NCBI GenBank assembly: GCA_030683705.1 | Contig: JAUXPP010000118.1 | Location: forward strand, 5,164 to 69,163 | From: Polaromonas sp. | GTDB lineage: Bacteria; Pseudomonadota; Gammaproteobacteria; Burkholderiales; Burkholderiaceae_C | Direction: 5' to 3' | Length of the DNA: 64,000 nt | Part shown: one piece after another, positions 48,184 through 58,536 of the stretch | Numbering within the stretch: position 1 is the first letter of the stretch | Layout: each line of letters starts with the position of its first letter | Notes under the pieces: generated by a model | Databases searched by the model: none | What the model saw: only the letters and a program-made list of their open reading frames with translations | Told to the model about the DNA's origin: nothing | Made by a program: the position numbers and the translations under genes

Positions 48184-48645
48184 ATGCCAGCCCCTGAATT
48201 CGAACCCAAAGACGGCGCCTATGCCGACCGCGTGCGGGCCAGCTTTGCCCTGCAGGGCGCGATGGGCACCCTGGGCGCCTCGCTCGCCGAGATCGCGCCC
48301 GGCCGCGTCGTGATCGAGCTGCCCTGGGCCGCCGCCCTGAGCCAGCAGCACGGCTTCCTGCACGCCGGCATGGTGGCCACGGCGCTGGATTCGGCCTGCG
48401 GTTATGCGGGTTTCACGCTGATGCCGGAAGGCGCCGGCGTGCTGACCATCGAATTCAAGATCAACCTGCTGGCGCCGGCCAAAGGCCAGCGCTTCCGCAT
48501 GGTCGGCCAGGTCATCAAGCCCGGCCGCACCATCACCGTGACCGAAGGCCGGGCCTACGCCATAGCCGACGGCAACGAAAAGCTGGTCGCCACCCTGGGC
48601 GCCACGCTGATGACCATCACCGGACGCGACGACGTCAAGAACTGA
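48184..48645 (+). CDS. PaaI family thioesterase
   Basis: [26 protein letters not shown]. Confidence 0.9.
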   Translation: MPAPEFEPKDGAYADRVRASFALQGAMGTLGASLAEIAPGRVVIELPWAAALSQQHGFLHAGMVATALDSACGYAGFTLMPEGAGVLTIEFKINLLAPAKGQRFRMVGQVIKPGRTITVTEGRAYAIADGNEKLVATLGATLMTITGRDDVKN

Positions 48646-48661
48646 ACCTCAAGGAGACCCC

Positions 48662-49843
48662 ATGAACAACCTGCCCGGACTCAACTTCCAGCTCGGCGAA
48701 GACATCGATGCGCTGCGCGACGCGGTGCGCGAATTTGCGCAGGCCGAAATCGCCCCGCGTGCCGCCGAGATCGACCGCAACGACCAGTTTCCGATGGACC
48801 TGTGGCAGAAGATGGGCAGCCTCGGCGTGCTGGGCATCACCGTCGGCGAGGAATACGGCGGCGCCAACATGGGCTACCTCGCCCACATGATCGCGATGGA
48901 GGAGATCTCGCGCGCTTCGGCCTCGGTCGGCCTGAGTTACGGCGCGCACAGCAACCTCTGCGTGAACCAGATCAAGCGCAATGGCACGGATGAGCAGCGC
49001 GCGAAATACCTGCCCAAACTGATCAGCGGCGAGCACGTCGGGGCATTGGCCATGAGCGAGCCCGGCGCCGGCAGCGACGTGATCAGCATGAAACTCAAGG
49101 CCGAGGACAAGGGCGGGTATTACGTTCTCAACGGCAGCAAGATGTGGATCACCAACGGCCCGGACGCCGACACCCTGGTGGTGTATGCCAAGACCGAGCC
49201 CGAGCTCGGCGCGCGCGGCGTCACCGCCTTCCTGATCGAAAAAGGCATGAAGGGTTTTTCGGTGGCGCAAAAGCTCGACAAGCTGGGCATGCGCGGTTCG
49301 CACACCGGCGAGCTGGTGTTCAGCAATGTAGAAGTGCCGATGCAGAACATCCTGGGCGGCCTCAACAGCGGCGCCAGGGTGCTGATGAGCGGGCTGGATT
49401 ACGAGCGCGCGGTTCTGACCGGCGGGCCGCTGGGCATCATGCAGTCCGTCATGGACAACGTGATTCCCTACATCCACGACCGCAAGCAGTTCGGCACCTC
49501 CATCGGCGAGTTCCAGTTGATCCAGGGCAAGGTCGCCGACATGTACACCGTGCTGCAGGCCGGCCGCTCCTTTGCCTACACCGTCGCCAAAAACCTCGAC
49601 ATGCTGGGCAGCGAACACGTGCGGCAGGTGCGCAAGGACTGCGCATCGGTGATTCTCTGGTGCGCCGAAAAAGCCACCTGGATGGCCGGCGAGGGCGTGC
49701 AGATCTACGGCGGCAACGGCTACATCAACGACTATCCGCTGGGCCGGCTCTGGCGCGACGCCAAGTTGTACGAGATTGGAGCTGGTACGTCCGAGATCCG
49801 AAGAATGCTGATCGGGCGCGAGCTGTTTGCCGAGACGATGTGA
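48662..49843 (+). CDS. ivd: Isovaleryl-CoA dehydrogenase
   Basis: [45 protein letters not shown]. Confidence 0.95.
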   Translation: MNNLPGLNFQLGEDIDALRDAVREFAQAEIAPRAAEIDRNDQFPMDLWQKMGSLGVLGITVGEEYGGANMGYLAHMIAMEEISRASASVGLSYGAHSNLCVNQIKRNGTDEQRAKYLPKLISGEHVGALAMSEPGAGSDVISMKLKAEDKGGYYVLNGSKMWITNGPDADTLVVYAKTEPELGARGVTAFLIEKGMKGFSVAQKLDKLGMRGSHTGELVFSNVEVPMQNILGGLNSGARVLMSGLDYERAVLTGGPLGIMQSVMDNVIPYIHDRKQFGTSIGEFQLIQGKVADMYTVLQAGRSFAYTVAKNLDMLGSEHVRQVRKDCASVILWCAEKATWMAGEGVQIYGGNGYINDYPLGRLWRDAKLYEIGAGTSEIRRMLIGRELFAETM

Positions 49844-49855
49844 CTTCCAGACCTT

Positions 49856-49926
49856 GTCATTGCGGGCTTGACCCGCAATCCATGTTGACGAACCAGGGAT
49901 GGATGCCGGATCAAGTCCGGCATGAC
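49856..49926. repeat. Family C paired palindromic element
   Basis: GTCATTGCGGGCTTGACCCGCAATCCAT..ATGGATGCCGGATCAAGTCCGGCATGAC: two hairpins in inverted arrangement; related copy at 63283. Confidence 0.82.
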
Positions 49927-49951
49927 ACCCAAAGCAGGGGAAAATAGCACC

Positions 49952-50614
49952 ATGACTTCTTCCATCACCGATCTCTTCAGCCACAACCGCGCCTGGGCCG
50001 GGCAAATGGAGCGCGAGCGCCCCGGCTTTTTCACCAGCCTGGTCAAGCAGCAAAAACCCAAGTACATGTGGATAGGCTGCTCGGACAGCCGGGTGCCCGC
50101 CAACCAGATCACCGGCCTGGAACCGGGCGAGGTGTTTGTGCACCGCAACGTCGCCAACATCGTGGTGCACTCCGACCTCAATGCGCTGTCGGCGATCCAG
50201 TTCGCGGTGGAGATGCTCAAGGTCGAACACATCATGGTGGTCGGGCACTACGGCTGCGGCGGTGTGCAGGCGGCGCTCGACGGCGCGCGCATCGGCCTGG
50301 CCGACAACTGGATACGCCACATCCAGGACGTGCGGCACCGGCACCGCCAGCTGCTCGACAGCCTGTCGGACGCCGTGCGTGCCGACGCGCTGTGTGACCT
50401 CAATGTGATCGAGCAGGTGGTCAACGTCTGCGTCAGCACCGTCATGGTCGATGCCTGGGCCAAGGGCCAGAAGGTCAGCATCCACGGCTGGGCCTTCGGC
50501 GTGCACGACGGCCTGCTGCAGGACCTGAAGATGACGATTTCCGATCCCGCGCAGCTCGATGACCTGTACCGCGCGGCGGTCGAACGTGTCTGGGATACAC
50601 GCCGGGCCGCCTAG
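49952..50614 (+). CDS. can: Beta-class carbonic anhydrase
   Basis: WIGCSDSRV, HRNVAN, GHYGCGG; start at ATG 49952. Confidence 0.93.
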   Translation: MTSSITDLFSHNRAWAGQMERERPGFFTSLVKQQKPKYMWIGCSDSRVPANQITGLEPGEVFVHRNVANIVVHSDLNALSAIQFAVEMLKVEHIMVVGHYGCGGVQAALDGARIGLADNWIRHIQDVRHRHRQLLDSLSDAVRADALCDLNVIEQVVNVCVSTVMVDAWAKGQKVSIHGWAFGVHDGLLQDLKMTISDPAQLDDLYRAAVERVWDTRRAA

Positions 50615-50629
50615 GCCACGAACAGCGCC

Positions 50630-52504
50630 ATGTTCCCGCAGCGCCTCGACTCGCCGCTCGCCTACGACATCGCCAAGGCGATGATGGACGGCTTCAACCG
50701 GCACTACCAGCTGTTCCGCAGCGAGTCGGCGCGCGCCAAACACCGTTTCGAAACCGCCGACTGGCACGGCCAGCAGCGCGCGCAGCGCGAGCGCATCGAG
50801 TTCTACGACCTGCGCGTGCGCGAGGCCTCGATGCGGCTGGAGCGCGAGTTCAAGGCCGGCGAGCTGCCCATGGACGTCTGGCAGCAGATCAAGCTGCATT
50901 ACATCGGCCTGCTGGTCAATCACCACCAGCCCGAGCTGGCCGAGACCTTTTTCAACTCGGTGACCACCAAGATCCTGCACCGCAGCTATTTCCAGAACGA
51001 CTTCATTTTTGTGCGGCCGGCGGTCAGCACCGAATACATCGAAAACGACGAACCGGCGGCGAAACCGACCTACCGCTCCTACTACCCGCAGCGCGGCACC
51101 TTGCAGGACAGCCTGGTCGCCATGGTCAGGGACTTCGACCTGCGGCTGGAGTTCGAGGACCTGGAGCGCGACGTGGCGCATGTGGTGCAAGAGCTGGCCA
51201 CGCGCATCGGCGAGGTCAAGCTGCGCGCCAACTTCCAGATCCAGGTCCTGTCCAGCCTGTTTTTCCGCAACAAGGGCGCCTACATCGTCGGCAAGCTGAT
51301 CAACGGCTTCAACGAGCTGCCGTTCGCGCTGCCGCTGCTGCACAGCCAGCCCCCCGACGGCGCGCCGCAGGCCGCCACCGAGGGCATCTTCGGCCAGTCC
51401 ACCCCTGGCAAGCTGGTCATTGACGCCATGCTGGTCGGCGAGGACGACCTGCTGATCCTGTTCAGTTTTGCGCGCGCCTACTTCATGGTGGACATTGGCA
51501 TCCCCTCGGCCTATGTGCAGTTCCTGCGCAGCATGATGCCGCGCATGCCGCGCGCCGAGATCTACAACGCGCTGGGCCTGGCCAAGCAGGGCAAGACGCT
51601 GTTTTATCGCGACTTCCTCTACCACCTGCGCCATTCGACCGACCGCTTCCGCATCGCGCCCGGCATCAAGGGCATGGTCATGCTGGTGTTCGACCTGCCG
51701 TCCTTTCCCTATGTGTTCAAGGTGATCAAGGATTTCTACCCGCCGCCCAAGGACACCACGCGCGAGCAGATCAAGGGCAAGTACCTGCTGGTCAAGCAGC
51801 ACGACCGCGTCGGCCGCATGGCCGACACCCAGGAGTACAGCGAGGTGGCCTTCCCGCGTGCCCGCTTCGACGACAGCCTGATCGCCGAGATCGAGAAATT
51901 CGCGCCCAGCCAGCTCGAGATCAGCGACCGCGACGGTGACGGCCAGCAGGAAGTCATCATCAAGCATGTCTACATCGAGCGCCGCATGATCCCGCTCAAC
52001 ATCTATCTGCAGGAGGCCTTCGACGCCGGTGTCGACGAGCCGTTTGCCAGGGGCCAGATCGAACGCGCGGTGGTCGAATACGGCAACGCCATCAAGGACA
52101 TGGTCGCGGCCAACATCTTCCCCGGCGACATGCTGTTCAAGAACTTCGGCATCACGCGCCACGGCAAGGTGGTGTTCTACGACTACGACGAGATCGAATA
52201 CATCACCGACTGCAACTTCCGCAAGGTGCCGCAGCCGCGCAACGAGGAAGAGGAAATGAGCGGCGAGGTCTGGTATTCAGTCGGGCCGCACGACGTGTTC
52301 CCCGAGACCTTCGCGCCCTTCCTGCTGGGCAACAGCGCGGTGCGCGAGGTCTTCATGAAGCACCATGCCGACCTGCTGGACGCCGCCTTCTGGCAAAGCC
52401 ACAAGGAGCGCATCGCCGCCGGCCACGTGTACGACGTGTTTCCCTACGAGCAGGAGCGCCGCTTCATGCGCAAATACCCGGCCGCCAGCGCGGCGCACGC
52501 CTGA
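50630..52504 (+). CDS. aceK: Isocitrate dehydrogenase kinase/phosphatase
   Basis: [47 protein letters not shown]. Confidence 0.96.
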   Translation: MFPQRLDSPLAYDIAKAMMDGFNRHYQLFRSESARAKHRFETADWHGQQRAQRERIEFYDLRVREASMRLEREFKAGELPMDVWQQIKLHYIGLLVNHHQPELAETFFNSVTTKILHRSYFQNDFIFVRPAVSTEYIENDEPAAKPTYRSYYPQRGTLQDSLVAMVRDFDLRLEFEDLERDVAHVVQELATRIGEVKLRANFQIQVLSSLFFRNKGAYIVGKLINGFNELPFALPLLHSQPPDGAPQAATEGIFGQSTPGKLVIDAMLVGEDDLLILFSFARAYFMVDIGIPSAYVQFLRSMMPRMPRAEIYNALGLAKQGKTLFYRDFLYHLRHSTDRFRIAPGIKGMVMLVFDLPSFPYVFKVIKDFYPPPKDTTREQIKGKYLLVKQHDRVGRMADTQEYSEVAFPRARFDDSLIAEIEKFAPSQLEISDRDGDGQQEVIIKHVYIERRMIPLNIYLQEAFDAGVDEPFARGQIERAVVEYGNAIKDMVAANIFPGDMLFKNFGITRHGKVVFYDYDEIEYITDCNFRKVPQPRNEEEEMSGEVWYSVGPHDVFPETFAPFLLGNSAVREVFMKHHADLLDAAFWQSHKERIAAGHVYDVFPYEQERRFMRKYPAASAAHA

Positions 52505-52513
52505 GGCAGCCCC

Positions 52514-52996
52514 ATGCGCGACTTCTGGGAATACGCGAGTTTTGTGGTCACCGCGCTGGCGCTGCCGGTGGCGATCTTTTTCTTCATGCTCGAGCAGCGC
52601 AAGGAGCGCAACAACGAGGAGGAAGAGGCCTACCAGCTGCTGTCCGACGCCTACAACGACTTCCTCAAGGTGGTGCTGGCCAACCCCGACCTGCACCTGC
52701 GCACCAACGAGCCGCTGGAGAGCCCCACGCGCGAGCAGAACGAACGCACCATGATCATCTACGACATGCTGATCTCGCTGTTCGAGCGCGCCTACATCGT
52801 CGCCTGGGACGAAGACATGAGTGAGGTCGAAGCGCGCCGCTGGAACAGCTGGGACGACTACATGCGCGAGTGGTGCCAGCGCGAAAGTTTTTTCAACGCC
52901 TTGCCGCTGCTGCTGCGCGGCGAGGACCCGGGTTTCCAGAAATACATCCTGCGTGTCGCCGAGGAAGAGCGCGGCACCGTGATCCAGCTTGTTTAA
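52514..52996 (+). CDS. Hypothetical protein with a single N-terminal TM helix
   Basis: 9 bp after aceK, host-like codon usage, hydrophobic N-terminus. Confidence 0.75.
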   Translation: MRDFWEYASFVVTALALPVAIFFFMLEQRKERNNEEEEAYQLLSDAYNDFLKVVLANPDLHLRTNEPLESPTREQNERTMIIYDMLISLFERAYIVAWDEDMSEVEARRWNSWDDYMREWCQRESFFNALPLLLRGEDPGFQKYILRVAEEERGTVIQLV

Positions 52997-53021
52997 CTCA
53001 CCGTTTTTTAAGGAGAAAACC

Positions 53022-54215
53022 ATGTCCACATCCACCACCGATTCCATCGTTATCCTCGGCGCGGCCCGCACCCCCATGGGCGGCTTCCAGGGCGATTTTT
53101 CCAGCCTGTCGGCGCATGACCTCGGTGGCGCCGCCATCAAGGCCGCCATCGAACGCTCCGGCATCGCGCCTGAAAAAGTCGACGAAGTGTTGTTCGGCAA
53201 CTGCCTGATGGCCGGCCAGGGCCAGGCACCGGCGCGCCAGGCCGGCTTCAAGGGCGGCCTGCCCGCCAGCACCGGCGCCGTCACCCTGTCCAAGATGTGC
53301 GGCTCCGGCATGGAAGCCACCCTGCTCGCGCACGACCAGTTGCTGGTCGGCAGCCGCGACGTGATGGTGGCCGGAGGCATGGAGAGCATGACCAACGCGC
53401 CGCACCTGCTGCTCAAGGGCCGCAGCGGCGTGCGTATCGGCCACGACCGCATCTTCGACCACATGATGCTGGACGGCCTGGAAGACGCCTACGAACCCGG
53501 CCGCGCCATGGGCACCTTCGGCGAGCAGTGCGCCGACAAGTACCAGTTCACGCGCGAAGCGCAGGACGCCTTTGCCACCACCAGCGTGAACCGCGCCAAG
53601 GCCGCCACCGAATCCGGCGCCTTCAAGGCCGAGATCACGCCGGTCACCGTCAAGGGCCGCAGCGGCGACACCGTGATTTCCATCGACGAAGGCCCGGGCA
53701 AGGTCAAGCTCGACAAGATCCCCACGCTCAAGCCTGCGTTCAAGAAGGACGGCACCATCACCGCCGCCTCCAGCTCGTCGATCAACGACGGCGCCGCTGC
53801 GCTGGTGCTGGCGCGCGCGTCCACCGCGAAAGAACTGGGCGCCAAGCCGCTGGCCCGCATCGTCGGCCACGCCACCTTTGCCCAGGCGCCCGAGTGGTTC
53901 ACCACCGCACCGGTGGGCGCCGTCAACAAGCTGCTCAAGAAGATCGGCTGGAGCGTCAAGGACGTGGACCTGTGGGAAGTCAACGAGGCTTTTGCCGTGG
54001 TGCCCATGGCCGCGATGAAGGAGCTGGGCATCAGCCACGACATCGTCAACGTCAACGGCGGCGCCTGCGCGCTGGGCCACCCGATAGGTGCCAGCGGCGC
54101 GCGCATCATCGTCACGCTGCTCCACGCGCTGCAGGCCCGCGGCCTGAAAAAGGGCGTGGCGACACTCTGTATCGGCGGCGGCGAAGGCACGGCCCTGGCC
54201 ATCGAATTGCTATAA
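53022..54215 (+). CDS. Acetyl-CoA C-acyltransferase (thiolase)
   Basis: KMCGSG, NEAF, GHPIGASG, CIGGG; AAGGAG RBS before ATG 53022. Confidence 0.95.
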   Translation: MSTSTTDSIVILGAARTPMGGFQGDFSSLSAHDLGGAAIKAAIERSGIAPEKVDEVLFGNCLMAGQGQAPARQAGFKGGLPASTGAVTLSKMCGSGMEATLLAHDQLLVGSRDVMVAGGMESMTNAPHLLLKGRSGVRIGHDRIFDHMMLDGLEDAYEPGRAMGTFGEQCADKYQFTREAQDAFATTSVNRAKAATESGAFKAEITPVTVKGRSGDTVISIDEGPGKVKLDKIPTLKPAFKKDGTITAASSSSINDGAAALVLARASTAKELGAKPLARIVGHATFAQAPEWFTTAPVGAVNKLLKKIGWSVKDVDLWEVNEAFAVVPMAAMKELGISHDIVNVNGGACALGHPIGASGARIIVTLLHALQARGLKKGVATLCIGGGEGTALAIELL

Positions 54216-54270
54216 ATTGAATAGCTGCTTACGCCCGCCAGTCAAGCGCTGGCGGCCTGTTTTGCTCGAA
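54208..54270 (+). repeat. Family A REP-like repeat overlapping the thiolase stop codon
   Basis: TGCTATAAATTGAATAGCTGCTTACGCCCG..AGCGCTGGCGGCCTGTTTTGCTCGAA. Confidence 0.75.
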
Positions 54271-54281
54271 GGACGTCTGAC

Positions 54282-54947
54282 ATGAACACGGTTCTCGTCA
54301 TTGGCGCCTCGCGCGGCATCGGCCTGGAGTTCGTGCGCCAGTACCGCGGCGCCGGTGCACGGGTGATCGCCACCGCGCGCGACGACGCCGGGCTGGCGCG
54401 GCTGAAGGCGCTGGGCGCGCAGGCGGTCAGGCTGGATGTGGACGAGGTATCCAGCGTCAGCGGCCTGGCCTGGCAACTCGATGGTGAAAAAATCGACGTG
54501 GCCCTGTATGTCGCCGGGGTGATGGCGGGCGGCGATGCGGGCGACCCACCGGCTGACCATGTGTTCGATCGGGTGATGCGCACCAATGTGCTGGCGCCCA
54601 TGCGCGTGCTGCCGCAACTGACGGAAGTGTTGGCGCCTGGTGCCCGGTTGGTGGTCCTGTCGTCCCGCATGGGCTCGCTAGCGCTGCGCACCAATGGCAA
54701 CAGCTGGCTGTACCGCGCCTCCAAGTCCGCCGTCAACTCGGTCGTCAAGGACATCTCGTTTGGCTTGCAGGGCAAAGCCATCTGCGTTGCGATGCACCCC
54801 GGTTGGGTCAAGACCGACATGGGTGGCGCTGGCGCCGATCTGGATGTCACGCAAAGCGTGTCGGATATGCGCAGCACCGTGGCCGGCCTGCGCGCGGAGC
54901 ACAACGGCACTTTCATCAACCACGACGGCCAGGTTCTGGCCTGGTAA
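54282..54947 (+). CDS. Short-chain dehydrogenase/reductase (CsgA-like)
   Basis: IGASRGIG, SSRMGS, YRASK, HPGWVKTDMGG. Confidence 0.92.
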   Translation: MNTVLVIGASRGIGLEFVRQYRGAGARVIATARDDAGLARLKALGAQAVRLDVDEVSSVSGLAWQLDGEKIDVALYVAGVMAGGDAGDPPADHVFDRVMRTNVLAPMRVLPQLTEVLAPGARLVVLSSRMGSLALRTNGNSWLYRASKSAVNSVVKDISFGLQGKAICVAMHPGWVKTDMGGAGADLDVTQSVSDMRSTVAGLRAEHNGTFINHDGQVLAW

Positions 54948-54965
54948 GTAGGAACAGGCCCTAAC

Positions 54966-56177
54966 ATGTTGCTCACACAAGACCAGCAAATGATCCGCGA
55001 CGCGGTGCGCGACTTCGCGCAGGCCGAACTCTGGCCGAATGCCGCGGCCTGGGACCGCGAGCGCCACTTCCCCAAAGAAGCGCACCAGGGCCTGGCCGCG
55101 CTGGGCGCCTACGGCATCTGCGTGCCTGAGGAGTTTGGCGGCGCGAATCTCGACTACCTGACGCTGGCGCTGGTGCTGGAAGAAATCGCCGCCGGCGACG
55201 GTGGCACCAGCACCGCGATTTCCGTCACGAATTGCCCGGTAAACGCCATCCTGCTTCGGTACGGCAATGCCCAGCAGAAGAAGCAGTGGCTCACCCCGTT
55301 GGCCCAGGGCCAGATGCTGGGCGTGTTCTGCCTGACCGAGCCGCATGTGGGCAGCGACGCCTCTGGCCTGCGCACCACGGCGGTGAAGGAGGGCGATGGT
55401 TTCACCGCCGGGCCGCCCCAAGGTGAAACGCGCCCCCTCGGGGGGCAGCAAGGACACGTCAGTGCCGAGCGTGGGGGCGATTACTACGTCATCAACGGTG
55501 TCAAGCAGTTCATCACCAGCGGCAAGAACGGCCAGCTCGCCATCGTGATCGCGGTGACCGACAAGGGCGCTGGCAAAAAAGGCATGAGCGCCTTCCTGGT
55601 GCCCACCGACACGCCGGGGTATGTGGTGGCGCGCCTCGAAGACAAGCTGGGCCAGCATTCCAGCGACACCGCCCAGATCAACTTCGACAACTGCCGCATT
55701 CCGGCGGAAAACCTGATCGGTGCCGAGGGCGAAGGCTACCGCATCGCGCTGGGCGCGCTCGAAGGCGGGCGCATCGGCATCGCAGCGCAAAGTGTGGGCA
55801 TGGCGCGCAGTGCTTTCGAGTTTGCGCTGGCCTACGCGAAGGAGCGGCAAAGCTTCGGCACCGCCATCTTCAACCACCAGGCGGTCGGCTTCCGGCTGGC
55901 CGACTGTGCGACCCAGCTCGAGGCCGCGCGGCAATTGATCTGGCATGCCGCCAGCCTGCGCGATGCCGGCCAGCCGTGTTTGAAGGAAGCCGCCATGGCC
56001 AAGCTGTTTGCCAGCGAGATGGCCGAACAAGTCTGCAGCGCAGCGATCCAGACCCTGGGCGGTTACGGTTATGTGAACGACTTTCCGGTGGAGCGGATTT
56101 ACCGCGACGTGCGGGTTTGCCAGATTTACGAAGGCACGAGCGACGTGCAGAAAATCATCATTCAACGGGCGCTTTAG
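54966..56177 (+). CDS. Acyl-CoA dehydrogenase with a 28-residue repeat-derived insertion
   Basis: FCLTEP..GSD, KQFITSG, GRIGIAAQ, QIYEGTSD. Confidence 0.93.
   Translation: MLLTQDQQMIRDAVRDFAQAELWPNAAAWDRERHFPKEAHQGLAALGAYGICVPEEFGGANLDYLTLALVLEEIAAGDGGTSTAISVTNCPVNAILLRYGNAQQKKQWLTPLAQGQMLGVFCLTEPHVGSDASGLRTTAVKEGDGFTAGPPQGETRPLGGQQGHVSAERGGDYYVINGVKQFITSGKNGQLAIVIAVTDKGAGKKGMSAFLVPTDTPGYVVARLEDKLGQHSSDTAQINFDNCRIPAENLIGAEGEGYRIALGALEGGRIGIAAQSVGMARSAFEFALAYAKERQSFGTAIFNHQAVGFRLADCATQLEAARQLIWHAASLRDAGQPCLKEAAMAKLFASEMAEQVCSAAIQTLGGYGYVNDFPVERIYRDVRVCQIYEGTSDVQKIIIQRAL
55391..55481 (+). repeat. Family B palindromic element inserted in-frame, bounded by GGGCGAT direct repeats
   Basis: Core 55410-55477 homologous to 21298-21365; GGGCGAT at 55391-55397 and 55475-55481, 84 bp apart. 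Confidence 0.88.
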
Positions 56178-56182
56178 GCACA

Positions 56183-56270
56183 CCCCCGTTGAGGCTCACT
56201 GCGTGTAGCCTCCTCCCCTCTTGCAGGGGGCGGCGCCTGCGGTCTGGCGAAGCCAGTCCCGCGGCGCCCG
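56183..56270. repeat. Multi-hairpin intergenic element between convergent genes, possibly related to family B
   Basis: GAGGCT-CACTGCGTG-TAGCCTC, CCCC..GGGG and GGCGCC..CTGGCGAAGCCAG..GGCGCC hairpins; the CACTGCGTG loop is shared with the phhA element. Confidence 0.6.
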
Positions 56271-56302
56271 CTGGAATGAAGTCCAGGCGCTGGCTGCCGC
56301 GT

Positions 56303-57985
56303 CTAGGTCGTTAGCGCCACTGGCTCAGCGCGCTTCAGCATCTGAGGAAACAGCAAATGCCCGGCCTCCGCATCGCCCTCGCGCGCCGTGTTGCTCAGGC
56401 TGGCGCGCACCGCGCTGTCGTCCAGGCCCGGTTGTGTGCTGTGCGCATGGGCCACGATCTGCAGGGCCAGCGCGTCGAGTTGCGCCAGGTTGAGCCGCAG
56501 CCGCTCGGCGAACTGCGTGTTGTCCAGCGTGTCGTTGAGGCTGCGGTTCAGCTCCGCAAACCAGGGCAGGGACGACTGGTCCAGCATGCGCGGCGCATCG
56601 GGTGTGCGGCCGCCGGCGTCCCAGGCGCGCATGAAGTCCTGCATGGCCACGTTGAGTTGTTGCACCGCCTCCAGCGGCTTTTGCAGCCGGCCCATGGCGC
56701 TGATGTCGACCAGCTTGTTCTGGAAATAAAGCTGGCACATCACGCCCCAGTAATAGGTGTAGTCCCACAACACCTTGATGGGCATGACCTCGGCATTGCC
56801 GAAGATCGCGTACTGCCCGGTGTACATCGGCAGCATGTTGCGGTACAGCGAGAAGTACACCGACTGGTAGATGTCGGCATACATGGCCACCGGCCTCCCG
56901 GTGATGTCCTGCGCCACCAGTTCGGTGATGAAACTGTTCGATATCGCGATGAAGTCGCTGCCCGGTGAATAAAACGGGTCGAGGAACAGCCCGGCCTCGC
57001 CGGTCAATGCCCAGCGGCCCTGGCCGTCCCAGACCTGCTTGCAGCCGTAGGAAAAATTCTTGAAGAAGGCAAAGTCCTGCAACTGCGCGCGCCGGCCGTC
57101 GAGCTCGGCAAACAGCTGCGGCTGGTGGATGGCAAACCAGTCCATGGCCTTGTCGAAGGTGTTCATGGTGTCGATAGGGTGCGTGACCGCGTCGCAGACG
57201 ATGCCGACCGAATGCGAGCCCGAGGCCAGCGGGATCAGCCAGGTCCAGTAACCGTCGCCGCACAGGTGGTTGGTGGACAGCCAGCGCTTGGGCGGGTCGC
57301 AGCGCGCCAGCCAGTCGCGGTCGCTGGACCAGTCGTCCACATCGAGCTTGCTGGCGATGCGAAACCAGATCGCGTTGGCATCATGGTCATTGGCTTCGGC
57401 CAGCCCGAGCTTGCGCTTGAGCAGGCCGGCGCGGCCGCTGGCGTCCACCAGCCAGCGCGCCTGCAATTCGTGTTCGGCGCCGCCGTGGGTGTAGCGCACC
57501 TGGTGCAGGCTGTCCGGTTGCGCCGCATCGGCCAGCTGCACGGTTTTGACCATGGCGCCGTCTTCAAAACGGATGCCACGCTCCAGCGCGAGCCGGCCCA
57601 GTTCGTTTTCAAAGATGCCGCGGTCCAGCTGGTAGGCCGGCGTGGCCAGGAAGGTGCTGGCGCCGAGTTCGGTCACCGCATCAATGTCTTCCCGACCGTC
57701 GTTGAAGAAAAAGCGGAAGCCGAACTTCTTGAGTTGCGCGGCCTGCAGGTGCGGCTTCAGTCCCAGCACATCGGCGAAATAATGCGCACCGATCTCCACC
57801 GTGGACTCGCCGACCTTGTGTGCTGCCAGCGGCACCGGGTGCGCGCGCCGCTCCAGCACCACGATGTCGAGGTCGGCAAAACGCTGGCGCAATTGCAGCG
57901 CCAGCGACAGGCCGGCCAGGCCGCCGCCCAGAATCAGGACGCGCTGGCCGGTCATGGCGTGGGGCATATCGGGTTGTTCGGTCAT
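56303..57985 (-). CDS. Flavin-dependent halogenase-like protein
   Basis: GGGLAG FAD motif, KVGEST, DASGR, WTWLIP (WxWxIP), FLDPFYSPG; start uncertain (57985 or 57955). Confidence 0.85.
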   Translation of the reverse strand: MTEQPDMPHAMTGQRVLILGGGLAGLSLALQLRQRFADLDIVVLERRAHPVPLAAHKVGESTVEIGAHYFADVLGLKPHLQAAQLKKFGFRFFFNDGREDIDAVTELGASTFLATPAYQLDRGIFENELGRLALERGIRFEDGAMVKTVQLADAAQPDSLHQVRYTHGGAEHELQARWLVDASGRAGLLKRKLGLAEANDHDANAIWFRIASKLDVDDWSSDRDWLARCDPPKRWLSTNHLCGDGYWTWLIPLASGSHSVGIVCDAVTHPIDTMNTFDKAMDWFAIHQPQLFAELDGRRAQLQDFAFFKNFSYGCKQVWDGQGRWALTGEAGLFLDPFYSPGSDFIAISNSFITELVAQDITGRPVAMYADIYQSVYFSLYRNMLPMYTGQYAIFGNAEVMPIKVLWDYTYYWGVMCQLYFQNKLVDISAMGRLQKPLEAVQQLNVAMQDFMRAWDAGGRTPDAPRMLDQSSLPWFAELNRSLNDTLDNTQFAERLRLNLAQLDALALQIVAHAHSTQPGLDDSAVRASLSNTAREGDAEAGHLLFPQMLKRAEPVALTT

Positions 57986-58113
57986 GGAGATGGGTGATTG
58001 GCGAGGCGGCTGTAAAAGCCCCACCCTAGCAGACCTTAAAATTCCGGCAATACCCCCATGATTGATGCGTCAATCCGGGGCCGCGTCCGTCCAAGCCCCC
58101 TCAGGAGAGCTCC

Positions 58114-58536
58114 ATGCCCATCACCAAAGGATTCCGCGCCCTTGTCGACGAGGCCATGGCCCAGGTCAAAACCTACAGCGTCGAGCAAGCGCGGGCCAAA
58201 ATGCACGATCCGCAGGTGCAGATCGTCGACATCCGCGACGTGCGCGAGCTCGGTCCCGGCACCGTGGTCGGCAGCTTTCATGCGCCGCGCGGCATGCTGG
58301 AGTTCTGGGTGGACCCGGCCTCGCCTTACTTCAAGCCGCTGTTCGCCGACGAGGGCAAGGAGTTTGTCCTGTTCTGCGGCGCCGGCTGGCGCAGCGCGCT
58401 GGCCGCCAAAACCCTGCAGGACATGGGCATGACGAATGTCGCCCACATCGACGGCGGTTATGCCGAATGGGTCAAGCAGGGCGCGCCGACCGAAACCCTG
58501 GAAGAGCGCAAGGCCAGAACCAGCAGCTGCGGCTGA
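58114..58536 (+). CDS. Rhodanese-like domain protein
   Basis: VDIRD, PRGMLEF, FCGAGWRS, GGYAEW; AGGAG RBS. Confidence 0.9.
   Translation: MPITKGFRALVDEAMAQVKTYSVEQARAKMHDPQVQIVDIRDVRELGPGTVVGSFHAPRGMLEFWVDPASPYFKPLFADEGKEFVLFCGAGWRSALAAKTLQDMGMTNVAHIDGGYAEWVKQGAPTETLEERKARTSSCG

Noticed and set aside
51340-51410. Short low-complexity segment in AceK ([21 protein letters not shown]) as another repeat insertion
   Set aside because: No resemblance to repeat families A-C and no clear palindrome; cannot be judged without orthologue alignment.
48635-52162. Very long antisense ORFs (also 11225-14107, 26937-29585, 32538-35282, 5185-7488, 41102-43306)
   Set aside because: They mirror well-supported genes on the opposite strand, have no motifs, and are expected from high-GC codon bias.
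47673-56177. LiuR operator and the liu/can/aceK cluster as a novelty
   Set aside because: This regulon and motif are already described in betaproteobacteria; listed as features only.
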